A stretch of 64,000 nucleotides of DNA, taken from Clostridia bacterium (lineage in GTDB: Bacteria; Bacillota; Clostridia; Acetivibrionales; JBAZRJ01). A program made the position numbers and the translations under genes. Positions within the stretch are counted from its first letter, which is position 1. The number at the start of each line of letters is the position of its first letter. The stretch covers positions 4,667 to 68,666 of the forward strand of contig JBAZRJ010000001.1 of assembly GCA_041662985.1 (NCBI GenBank), written 5' to 3'. The notes under the pieces were generated by a model. The model saw only the letters and a program-made list of their open reading frames with translations, made no database searches and had not been told where the DNA came from. Shown here one piece after another: positions 10,292 through 18,433 of this stretch.

Positions 10292-10350
10292 AAATTCAAG
10301 CGGAGAATAATGGGATTATATTATTGATTTATTGCAGAAATTTAAAATAT

Positions 10351-10380
10351 GATTACACGAAATAAAAATTTCGTGTAATC
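10351..10380. repeat. perfect 13-bp-arm inverted repeat (hairpin/terminator or protein-binding palindrome) between the GntR and recombinase genes
   Basis: GATTACACGAAAT-AAAA-ATTTCGTGTAATC with no mismatch. No T-tract follows on the + strand. Confidence 0.7.
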
Positions 10381-10510
10381 GGGAGAACAAAAAACAATGG
10401 AAAAACGTTGAAGATGCTCCTTTTTTGGTATATTATTGATATGTGGCAATAATTAATCAATATATATTAATATGACTGATCCCTTTGGTTCTGAATTGAG
10501 GTTTACACAT

Positions 10511-11497
10511 ATGAAAAATATTTCCGAATATGAAATGCCTGATATCCTAAGAGATTTTTTTAATTATATGCAAACCATAAAAGGAAAATCCATAAACACT
10601 ATTAAAGTTTATTTCTATGACCTCAGAATCTTCTTTCGATTTCTTAAAGTAAATAAAAACATGGTTGATAAAAAAACTGATTTTGATGAAATCGATATTT
10701 GCGATGTTGGCATCGATCTTATTAAAACTGTAACACTGAGCGATTTGTACGCTTTTATGTCTTATGTCAGCAATAACCGTGACAATACTTCACTGGCACG
10801 GGCCAGAAAAGTCGCAAGTTTGAAATCTTTTTTTAATTACATGACAAACAAAGCAAAACTAATTGAAATCAATCCGGCCAGCGAGCTTGAATCTCCAAAA
10901 ATCTTGAAAAGACTGCCAAAATACCTGAATATTGATGAAAGCAAACAGCTTCTCTCCTCCGTTGAAGGAAAGCATACGGAGCGTGACTTTGCAATCATTA
11001 CGCTTTTTTTAAATTGCGGTATTAGGTTGTCTGAATTAGTCGGTATAAATATCAATGACATAAAAAATGAAAGTTTAACGGTTATAGGCAAAGGCAACAA
11101 AGAACGCAGCATACCTCTAAATAATGCTTGTATTTTGGCTATTGACTCTTATATGAAGGTTCGTCCCGCCAATGCTGTAATTGACAGAAATGCTCTTTTT
11201 TTAAGCGAACGCAGGCGCCGTATCAGCAAGGAATCTGTCCAAAAAATCGTAAAAAAGAACATTAAATTAGCCGGTCTTGATCCAAAAAGATATTCGACAC
11301 ACAAACTTAGACACACTGCCGCAACACTGATGTACAAGTATGGAAAGGTTGATATCAGGGCACTGCAGGAGCTTCTGGGACATGAAAGCATTTCGACAAC
11401 CGAAATTTACACCCATCTTGACAACCAGCAGCTTAAAACAGCAGTCGACAGTAATCCCCTGTCGGATGTTACTTACAAAAAAATGCCTAAAGAGTAA
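10511..11497 (+). CDS. tyrosine site-specific recombinase, XerC/XerD-like
   Basis: N-terminal SAM-like core-binding domain. Catalytic set: GIRLSEL (Arg), GKGNKER (Lys), HKLRHTAAT (H-x-x-R), LGHESISTTEIYTH (His, Tyr). ATG 10511 has a GAGG RBS; the track start at 10472 has none. Confidence 0.9.
   Translation: MKNISEYEMPDILRDFFNYMQTIKGKSINTIKVYFYDLRIFFRFLKVNKNMVDKKTDFDEIDICDVGIDLIKTVTLSDLYAFMSYVSNNRDNTSLARARKVASLKSFFNYMTNKAKLIEINPASELESPKILKRLPKYLNIDESKQLLSSVEGKHTERDFAIITLFLNCGIRLSELVGININDIKNESLTVIGKGNKERSIPLNNACILAIDSYMKVRPANAVIDRNALFLSERRRRISKESVQKIVKKNIKLAGLDPKRYSTHKLRHTAATLMYKYGKVDIRALQELLGHESISTTEIYTHLDNQQLKTAVDSNPLSDVTYKKMPKE
11425..11452 (+). repeat. left copy of a 28-bp perfect inverted repeat, inside the recombinase 3' end
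   Basis: CCAGCAGCTTAAAACAGCAGTCGACAGT. Its exact reverse complement is at 14099-14126. Confidence 0.95.
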
Positions 11498-11498
11498 T

Positions 11499-11526
11499 TT
11501 GACATTACACAAAATTTTGGTATACT
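11499..11526 (+). promoter_or_regulatory. sigma-A-type promoter for the LCP gene
   Basis: TTGACA (11499-11504), 16-bp spacer, TGG-TATACT (-10 at 11521-11526). Confidence 0.55.
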
Positions 11527-11586
11527 AAATAAATGTAACTTAAAACGATAAAGTTAGCTAAAACGCTATATATTCTGAGGTGCGAG

Positions 11587-12540
11587 ATGAAAAAAGGAAA
11601 CAGGTTTTTAATCACAATAATTGCATTGTTATTTTTATCGCTCACGGGAGCAGGTGTGTTTACAACTCACTATTTGGTTACCGGAACGGATAATGAGTCT
11701 ATTTTTATAAATAATCCGATTAATGTTCTCTTAATGGTTGGAGATAAAGATGACTATAATACGGATACGATGATGGTGGTAAATTATGACCCTAAAGTTG
11801 GCAGAGCAAGCTTTCTTTCGGTTCCGAGAGACACAAAGGTATTCATTCACGACAAACTGAGGAAGTTAAATGCCGGAAAAGCCATGGGCGGAACGAAATT
11901 GACAACTAATCTTATAAGCGATCTTTTAAAGGTAAATATAAATTATTATGTGCATATTAAAATTAAAACATTTACGAAGGTCATTGATATGATGGGTGGA
12001 GTTGACTACTATGTTCCTCTCAATCTTAAATACGAAGACCCAAGCCAGGGTCTGCATATCGATTTAAAACACGGAATGCAGCATTTGGACGGAGACAAAG
12101 CCGAGCAGCTTTTACGGTTTAGAAAGCCACAGCATGCTTGGTCTTACAGCGAGAGATTTCTTGAATTTTATGATGGTTCGGATGCAAAAAGAACTGAACG
12201 CCAGCTTGATTTTCTGAAAGAATTTATAAAGCAAAAAGCAAGCTTAACTTATTTATCGACGTACAATGATGTTATAAAAACTGTATTCGATGAAACGGAT
12301 ACAAATATAAAAATGGGCGAAGCTCTAAAATTAATACTTAACATTGACAGAATAGATTTTAAAAATGTCAATACATTCAGAATCAGCGGCGATTATAAAA
12401 TGATCAGCGGAAGCGATTATTTCATATATGACAATAGGATTTTCAGTCCAATTATCAACAAATCAAAAGATGCGAGCGGAATAATCAAAAAATATTTTAC
12501 TGCGGTGGGACCTTTTATAAACACTAATGTAAACAAATAA
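11587..12540 (+). CDS. LytR-CpsA-Psr (LCP) family cell-envelope glycopolymer transferase
   Basis: N-terminal TM anchor followed by an LCP core (NVLLMVGDKDD, TDTMMVVNYDP, SVPRDT). GAGGTG RBS. Confidence 0.9.
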   Translation: MKKGNRFLITIIALLFLSLTGAGVFTTHYLVTGTDNESIFINNPINVLLMVGDKDDYNTDTMMVVNYDPKVGRASFLSVPRDTKVFIHDKLRKLNAGKAMGGTKLTTNLISDLLKVNINYYVHIKIKTFTKVIDMMGGVDYYVPLNLKYEDPSQGLHIDLKHGMQHLDGDKAEQLLRFRKPQHAWSYSERFLEFYDGSDAKRTERQLDFLKEFIKQKASLTYLSTYNDVIKTVFDETDTNIKMGEALKLILNIDRIDFKNVNTFRISGDYKMISGSDYFIYDNRIFSPIINKSKDASGIIKKYFTAVGPFINTNVNK

Positions 12541-12552
12541 GGGAGCAAAACA

Positions 12553-13188
12553 TTGTCCGGATTCATAGAAAGCATAATAAATTTTATTTCTCAAACAATT
12601 AATTATTTTGGTATTTTCGGCGTTGGAATAGGTATGATGATTGAGAGCGCCTGTATTCCCCTGCCAAGTGAAATTATTTTGCCCATAGGCGGTAAAATGG
12701 TCGCTGACGGGATTATCGGCCATCTATTTTGGGCAAATCTTGCGGCAGCAGTCGGTAGTATTGCAGGATCTCTATTAGCATATTATGTTGGTTATTACGG
12801 AGGGAGACCCTTTATACTAAAATACGGCAAATATTTTCTTGTCCATGAAAAGAATTTTGTTAAGGCTGAAAAAACCTTCAATAAATACGGTGAAGCTGCT
12901 GTCGGTTTCGGACGTTTATTGCCGATAATAAGAACATTTATCTCGCTTCCTGCGGGAATAGCCAGAATGGACATAAAGAAATTCCTCATCTTCTCTTTAA
13001 TTGGAATGATTCCATGGAATTTTTTATTGATTTTTCTAGGCTTTAAATACGGCGAAAGCTTCTCGAAAGTTATCGGTCCGTTGTATCACAAGTTTGAATA
13101 TGCTGTGATCATAGTATTTGTTGCGGTAATTCTTTTCTTTGTAATAAGAATGTTGTTGAAGAAAAGAGCAAAAGGGAAAAAAGCTTAA
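12553..13188 (+). CDS. DedA/SNARE-associated family membrane protein
   Basis: 211 aa, multi-TM, with IPLPSEIILP and a GRLLPIIRTFISLPAG DedA-type motif. TTG start after GGGAG. Confidence 0.88.
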   Translation: MSGFIESIINFISQTINYFGIFGVGIGMMIESACIPLPSEIILPIGGKMVADGIIGHLFWANLAAAVGSIAGSLLAYYVGYYGGRPFILKYGKYFLVHEKNFVKAEKTFNKYGEAAVGFGRLLPIIRTFISLPAGIARMDIKKFLIFSLIGMIPWNFLLIFLGFKYGESFSKVIGPLYHKFEYAVIIVFVAVILFFVIRMLLKKRAKGKKA

Positions 13189-13244
13189 CCGACTCCCCCA
13201 CTTCGGAATTATTCAAAGCAATCAATTTGAGGAGGTGTGACAGT

Positions 13245-14042
13245 ATGTTCGATAATCACGTACACAGTTTTTTTTCTGCCGACAGTAACATGAATGCTGA
13301 AACTGCATGTGAAATTGCGCTGAGAAAAGGTCTTGACGGACTTGCATTTACAGACCACATCGACATAGACTATCCCAGAATTGATTTTACAATCAATTTC
13401 AATGAGTATCATGCCTGTATAAAAGAACTGCAGGATAAATTCAAAGGCAAATTGAAAATTATTGAAGGCCTTGAAGTTGGTATGCAGCAACATGTTGCGG
13501 CTGAAACCAATGAAATTATCATGAATTATGATTTTGATTTTATAATTGGCTCGATACATTTACTTGACAGAATGGATCCTTATGATAAAGATTTTTATGA
13601 AAACAAAACAAAGCACGAGGCTTATTCAAAATACCTGCAGGAAATTATAAAAGGCCTGTCCTATTTTAGTAATTTTGATATTTTGGGTCACATGGATTTT
13701 ATAATCAGATTTGCTCCATACAAAGAAAGATCTATGTTTTACGACGATTTTAATGAATTATTCGATGAAATATTCAAGAAGATTGTTCAAAAAGGAATCG
13801 GGATCGAAATAAATACCGGCTCTTACCGAAAAGTCGATGGTATTGCGTCCCCTGTTTTCGATTTGAATATTTTAAAAAGATATAAAGAATTAGGTGGTGA
13901 AATCGTTACTATTGGTTCTGATTCACATTCAGATGATTATATAGCGTATGATTTTAAATATTATATAGATTTACTGAAAAGCTGCGGATTCAAGTATACG
14001 GTACATTTTGAAGGCAGAAAGCCTATACTCGAAGCAATTTAA
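13245..14042 (+). CDS. PHP-domain phosphoesterase (HisJ-like histidinol-phosphatase family)
   Basis: MFDNHVHS, TDHID, GHMD and GSDSH metal-ligand motifs. ATG 13245 follows GAGGAGG. Confidence 0.88.
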   Translation: MFDNHVHSFFSADSNMNAETACEIALRKGLDGLAFTDHIDIDYPRIDFTINFNEYHACIKELQDKFKGKLKIIEGLEVGMQQHVAAETNEIIMNYDFDFIIGSIHLLDRMDPYDKDFYENKTKHEAYSKYLQEIIKGLSYFSNFDILGHMDFIIRFAPYKERSMFYDDFNELFDEIFKKIVQKGIGIEINTGSYRKVDGIASPVFDLNILKRYKELGGEIVTIGSDSHSDDYIAYDFKYYIDLLKSCGFKYTVHFEGRKPILEAI

Positions 14043-14098
14043 AATAGAAAAATACGAAGCGCTTTAATAAAAAAATAAACACTTTAGTAAAAATTAAC

Positions 14099-14126
14099 AC
14101 TGTCGACTGCTGTTTTAAGCTGCTGG
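14099..14126 (-). repeat. right copy of the 28-bp perfect inverted repeat, in the convergent PHP/mnmA gap
   Basis: ACTGTCGACTGCTGTTTTAAGCTGCTGG is the reverse complement of 11425-11452. On the - strand it reads as a stop-bounded fragment, YIISDIQQLKTAVDSVNFY*. Confidence 0.95.
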
Positions 14127-14174
14127 ATGTCTGAGATTATATATTACAGACTTAATTTCAAAGTCATAACATTC

Positions 14175-14203
14175 AAATTGCGTATAATTGCGCAATTTTT
14201 TAT
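14175..14203 (+). terminator. rho-independent terminator closing the + strand block (hairpin may also serve mnmA)
   Basis: AAATTGCG (14175-14182), loop TATAATTG, CGCAATTT (14191-14198), running into TTTTTTATT. Overlaps the mnmA stop codon. Confidence 0.65.
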
Positions 14204-15282
14204 TGCCTGATTATTGTTCCCCCACCAACCACAAAGTCCCCGTCATAAAATACCACAGACTGTCCGGGTGTCACAGCCCGTTGCGGTTCGTCGAAAATTA
14301 CCTCAACTCTGGTTTTGCCGACAGGAGTTATTGTTGCATCTGCTTCTCTTGCAGAATACCTTATTTTTGCCTTAACGCGCATTGAATCAGTGAGATTGTC
14401 TATTGAAATAAAATTCAAATCGCCTGCAATCAATGAGTTTGAAAAGACATCAGAAGTTTCGCCTAAAATAATATTATTTGTTTCAGGATTAATTGAGGTT
14501 ACGAACATAGGTTTGCCAAATGTTATTCCAAGCCCTTTCCTTTGACCTATTGTATAATTTACAATTCCCGAATGCCTTCCTAAAATGTTTCCGTGGGTAT
14601 CGATGAAATTTCCGGGAATAATTTTTAACGTTGAATTTTCTCTTATAAATCTGCCGTAATCATTGTCGTCAACAAAGCAAATTTCCTGACTGTCAGGCTT
14701 AGATGAAACCGACAAACCAAGGTCCTTTGCAATTGCCCTCACGCGGTCTTTTGAATAATCGCCTATAGGAAAAAGCGTTTTGCTTAATTGGTACTGGGTC
14801 AGGTTATATAGGGCATAAGTTTGGTCCTTTTTTTCAGTTGCTGATTTATATAAAAGATATCTATTTGCATCAGAGTCGAAAGTTATCCTTGCATAATGTC
14901 CTGTAGCAATGTAATCAATTCCCAAGCTTTGAGCCTTTTTTAGCATGCTGCCGAATTTAATGTATCGGTTGCATGCAATGCAAGGATTTGGTGTATTTCC
15001 CTTAAAATATTCAGTCATAAAATAATCAATAACATCTTTTTGAAAAATATCTTTAAAATTAAGTACATAATAAGGAAAACCAAGCTTGTCAGCGATACGT
15101 CGGGCATCGTCAACAGCTGTAATTGAACAGCATCCGCCATCGCGATCCTTTTTTTCGTCGCAGGTATCAGGCCATATTTGAAGCGTTGCGCCGATTACAT
15201 CATAACCCTTATCCAATAATAAGGCGGCTGCAACAGAACTGTCAACGCCGCCGCTCATACCGAGCATCACTTTTTTAGCCAA
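14200..15282 (-). CDS. mnmA: tRNA 2-thiouridine(34) synthase MnmA
   Basis: GMSGGVDSSV PP-loop and a CNRYIKFG cysteine motif. 360 aa. TTG start after GGGAG. Confidence 0.95.
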   Translation of the reverse strand: MAKKVMLGMSGGVDSSVAAALLLDKGYDVIGATLQIWPDTCDEKKDRDGGCCSITAVDDARRIADKLGFPYYVLNFKDIFQKDVIDYFMTEYFKGNTPNPCIACNRYIKFGSMLKKAQSLGIDYIATGHYARITFDSDANRYLLYKSATEKKDQTYALYNLTQYQLSKTLFPIGDYSKDRVRAIAKDLGLSVSSKPDSQEICFVDDNDYGRFIRENSTLKIIPGNFIDTHGNILGRHSGIVNYTIGQRKGLGITFGKPMFVTSINPETNNIILGETSDVFSNSLIAGDLNFISIDNLTDSMRVKAKIRYSAREADATITPVGKTRVEVIFDEPQRAVTPGQSVVFYDGDFVVGGGTIIRQ

Positions 15283-15354
15283 TTTATCAATTCTCCCATT
15301 TCAGTCAATTATCCTCAGTCAATATTTTTAATGGTTTATCCTCAACGTTAATCC

Positions 15355-15798
15355 TTAATCATTATCTTCGATTCTGTGAATATCGTCGCAACGCCTTCCG
15401 CAAGGACAATTATCGTCATTATCCAAAGCAAGTCCGTTCTTCTTTTTATAATCATCTATAGCCGCTTTGATTGCTTCTTCAGCAAGATTTGAGCAATGCA
15501 TTTTAATAGGAGGCAACCCGTCTAAAGCCTCAGCAACAGCTGTGTTGGTGATTTTTAAAGCTTCGTCGACAGTTTTCCCCTTAATTAACTCGGTAGCCAT
15601 ACTGCTTGTTGCGACTGCGGCTCCGCATCCGAAGGTTCTGAATTTTGCATCAATTATAATGTTATTTTCTATTTTTAAATACATTTTCATAATATCACCG
15701 CATTTTGGATTGCCGACCTGGCCAATCCCGTCTGCGTTTTCTATATCGCCTACATTTCTTGGATTCGAAAAATGGTCCATAACTTTTTCACTGTACAT
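15355..15798 (-). CDS. nifU: Fe-S cluster assembly scaffold (NifU N-terminal/IscU type)
   Basis: GNPKCGDIM, FGCGAAVA and CSNLA give the three-Cys scaffold. I chose the start at MYSEKVMDHF. Confidence 0.92.
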   Translation of the reverse strand: MYSEKVMDHFSNPRNVGDIENADGIGQVGNPKCGDIMKMYLKIENNIIIDAKFRTFGCGAAVATSSMATELIKGKTVDEALKITNTAVAEALDGLPPIKMHCSNLAEEAIKAAIDDYKKKNGLALDNDDNCPCGRRCDDIHRIEDND

Positions 15799-15833
15799 AA
15801 AAACACCTGCTTTCAATTTAATTGTAATAAAGT

Positions 15834-17015
15834 TTATTTTTTATTTAATACTTCTTCATATAGCGGTGACATCTGACGCAGACTATTAACTATCGGAGGA
15901 AGAACCTCAAGCAGTTTATCGACATCTTCCATCGTATTCTCATCACCAAAAGTAACTCTTAAAGATCCGTGAGCAATCTCATGAGGAAGTCCTATTGCCA
16001 AAAGGACATGAGAAGGGTCAAGTGACCCTGAAGTGCAGGCTGAACCGCTGGATGCTGCAATGCCCTTCATATCAAGCATTAGAAGCAATGATTCACCTTC
16101 GATATATCTGAACGAAATATTAACATTCCCCGAAAGCCTTTTGTTTCTGTCGCCGTTTAATCGGATATAAGGTATTTTTTTAGTAATCTCATCAATGGTT
16201 TTATCCCTTAATTTAATAAGTTTTTTATTATGTTCTTCAAGATTATTCGTGACGAGTTCAAGAGCTTTCGCAAGTCCAACGATTCCCGGAACATTCTCGG
16301 TGCTTGCGCGTCTGCCCTTCTCCTGATTTCCGCCGTGCAGGAAGGAATTAATTTTAATGCCTTTTCTTACATACAAGGCGCCTACTCCTTTTGGTCCATA
16401 TAACTTATGGGCGGACAAAGACAACATGTCAACATTAAGTTCGTCAACATCAATTTTAACATTTCCCACTGCCTGAACAGCGTCCGTATGGAATGCAATC
16501 CCTCGCTCTTTTGAGAGTTTTCCTATTTCTTCAATTGGCTCAATTGTTCCTATCTCGTTATTTGCATACATAATTGAAATTAGTATCGTTGTTGGCTTTA
16601 TGGCTGCCGATAATTCATCGAGAGACACAAACCCGTTCTTGTCTACGGGTAAATAAGTAATTTCAAAACCGTTCTTTTCAAGGAACTTACATGTGTTTAT
16701 TATTGCGTGGTGCTCAATTGAAGATGTTATTATGTGATTACCTTTATCTTTATTTGCATATACAAAACCCTTCAGGGCCCAGTTATCAGACTCAGTCCCG
16801 GATCCGGTAAAAAATATTTCGCTTGATTTAGCTCCCAATGATCTTGCAACAGATTCGCGGGCTTCTTCAATCGCTTTCTTTCCTTCTCGGGCAATTGAAT
16901 ATATGGACGATGGATTACCGTATCTATCTGAAAAATAAGGTATCATAGCATCTAAAACCTCTTTTTTTACTGATGTTGTTGCTGAATGATCCAAATATAT
17001 AAAATTTTCAGCCAT
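15834..17015 (-). CDS. nifS: cysteine desulfurase (NifS/IscS, class V aminotransferase)
   Basis: SAHKLYGPKG (PLP Lys) and SSGSACTSG (catalytic Cys). The second ATG is better spaced from AAGGAG. Confidence 0.93.
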   Translation of the reverse strand: MAENFIYLDHSATTSVKKEVLDAMIPYFSDRYGNPSSIYSIAREGKKAIEEARESVARSLGAKSSEIFFTGSGTESDNWALKGFVYANKDKGNHIITSSIEHHAIINTCKFLEKNGFEITYLPVDKNGFVSLDELSAAIKPTTILISIMYANNEIGTIEPIEEIGKLSKERGIAFHTDAVQAVGNVKIDVDELNVDMLSLSAHKLYGPKGVGALYVRKGIKINSFLHGGNQEKGRRASTENVPGIVGLAKALELVTNNLEEHNKKLIKLRDKTIDEITKKIPYIRLNGDRNKRLSGNVNISFRYIEGESLLLMLDMKGIAASSGSACTSGSLDPSHVLLAIGLPHEIAHGSLRVTFGDENTMEDVDKLLEVLPPIVNSLRQMSPLYEEVLNKK

Positions 17016-17125
17016 AAACATTGCTCCTTAAATGATATTTTGAAGACCTGATTAAATATTGCTATATTTTTTCCCTAAATAAGTCCTGTTAAACATAAAA
17101 CAAACCAGTGCAAAATGTATGTTGC

Positions 17126-18373
17126 TTAATCTGTTATCGGGAGAGTTGAACCGCCGTACGGCATTAATATAACCTCGGCATTCGAACCTAATTCTGTAAA
17201 AGCCTGAGACAGAGCATCATTAACGCTTTTAAAAGGTTTCATGAATATTCTTTCGGCAATCTCATCATTTAAATCAGTTACAGAAAATATTTTTGCTTTT
17301 TCACGCACCATAGCTATAGCCGCTGCTTTGTGACCACCAAGTTCAAAGTTGTCTTCAATATCTTGAATCATTTGCTTAGTATTTGTTGATGCCATAATCC
17401 ATTTTTTAAAGTTCTCTTCTCCGAGTCCTTCATTACAGGAGGCTACAAAAATAATTATTCCACCATCTTTAACGGCATGTTTTGCGTTATCGAGGGCTTT
17501 CTGAGCCTGATAAAGATTGATATCCTTGGGATATCCGCCGGGTGAAGTAATTACAATATCGGCTTTTCGCGGAATTTTGACCTTATACAAAGCGTCTAAG
17601 AAATTACACCCTTCACGATGCGCGACAATATGGTGACCAGCAAAAGATTTAATAATTTTTTTATTCTCGTCCAGAACAACATTCAGGATAAAATCGATTG
17701 TGACATACTTCTCTACTTCTTCAATATCGCTTCTAACAGGATTACCGATGAGAAAACCTGCTTTTGAGTCTTCATTTACCATTGCGCTATGATTGTTTTG
17801 AATTGCTTCACGAGACGAAACTCCCGGCATTATCGCCTTTGAACCACCGCTATATCCCGCGAAATAATGAAATTCGATATTCCCCAGACATATTCTCCTG
17901 TCTGCTTTGGCAACTTCGCTGAAAATGTCAATAGGTGTTCCATGGGAGGTATAGCCAAGACGCATACAATCATCCGGATCGCTGTCAATACACTTTATTC
18001 TTTTAAAAATATCGTCACCGACAATATATCTCATTTCAGTTTCGGTTTGTTTCCTGTGGCTTCCCAATGCAAAGACAATCTTAATATCCTCATCTTTAAT
18101 ATCGCCTGCATATAATTCTTTCAGGATTTCAGGCAATACAACCATGCTCGGCATAGGTCTTGTAACATCACTTGTGATAATTACAACTCTCTCGCCGCGC
18201 CTGACGATTTCTGATAATCTTTTCGAATTAATAGGATTTTCAAGGGATTTTTCAATCTCCTCAACTTCTGAGAGAGTCCCATCAATATGGTTTTGCCTTA
18301 ATTCCATAATTACATTTCTATCTTTTACAATGAATTCCTTGAAACCCTTGTTAAATTCGCACTTAAAGTTCAT
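17126..18373 (-). CDS. LarA-like nickel-pincer-dependent 2-hydroxyacid racemase/epimerase family protein (DUF2088)
   Basis: 415 aa with TSDVTRP, GSHR and a HYFAGYSGGSKAIMPG Lys context like the LarA cofactor-tethering region. GGGGGTGG RBS. Confidence 0.8.
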   Translation of the reverse strand: MNFKCEFNKGFKEFIVKDRNVIMELRQNHIDGTLSEVEEIEKSLENPINSKRLSEIVRRGERVVIITSDVTRPMPSMVVLPEILKELYAGDIKDEDIKIVFALGSHRKQTETEMRYIVGDDIFKRIKCIDSDPDDCMRLGYTSHGTPIDIFSEVAKADRRICLGNIEFHYFAGYSGGSKAIMPGVSSREAIQNNHSAMVNEDSKAGFLIGNPVRSDIEEVEKYVTIDFILNVVLDENKKIIKSFAGHHIVAHREGCNFLDALYKVKIPRKADIVITSPGGYPKDINLYQAQKALDNAKHAVKDGGIIIFVASCNEGLGEENFKKWIMASTNTKQMIQDIEDNFELGGHKAAAIAMVREKAKIFSVTDLNDEIAERIFMKPFKSVNDALSQAFTELGSNAEVILMPYGGSTLPITD

Positions 18374-18433
18374 TAAACCACCCCCGGCAGAACATTACTT
18401 CGCAAAATAAAAAAATTGAAACAATAAAGAAAA

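Noticed and set aside
11425-11452. The 28-bp repeat itself as a dif-like (11-6-11) site, because of its length
   Set aside because: Its two halves are not inverted repeats of each other, so the 28-bp length is coincidental.
14129-14151. AT-rich imperfect palindrome GTCTGAGATTATATATTACAGAC in the convergent gap, considered as a dif site
   Set aside because: Only the 5-bp ends and two inner pairs are symmetric. Against the Firmicute dif consensus, only the central ATATATTA matches. The conserved XerD arm TTATGTAAACT is not present (about 4 of 11 matches). It is kept only as context for the strand-switch finding.
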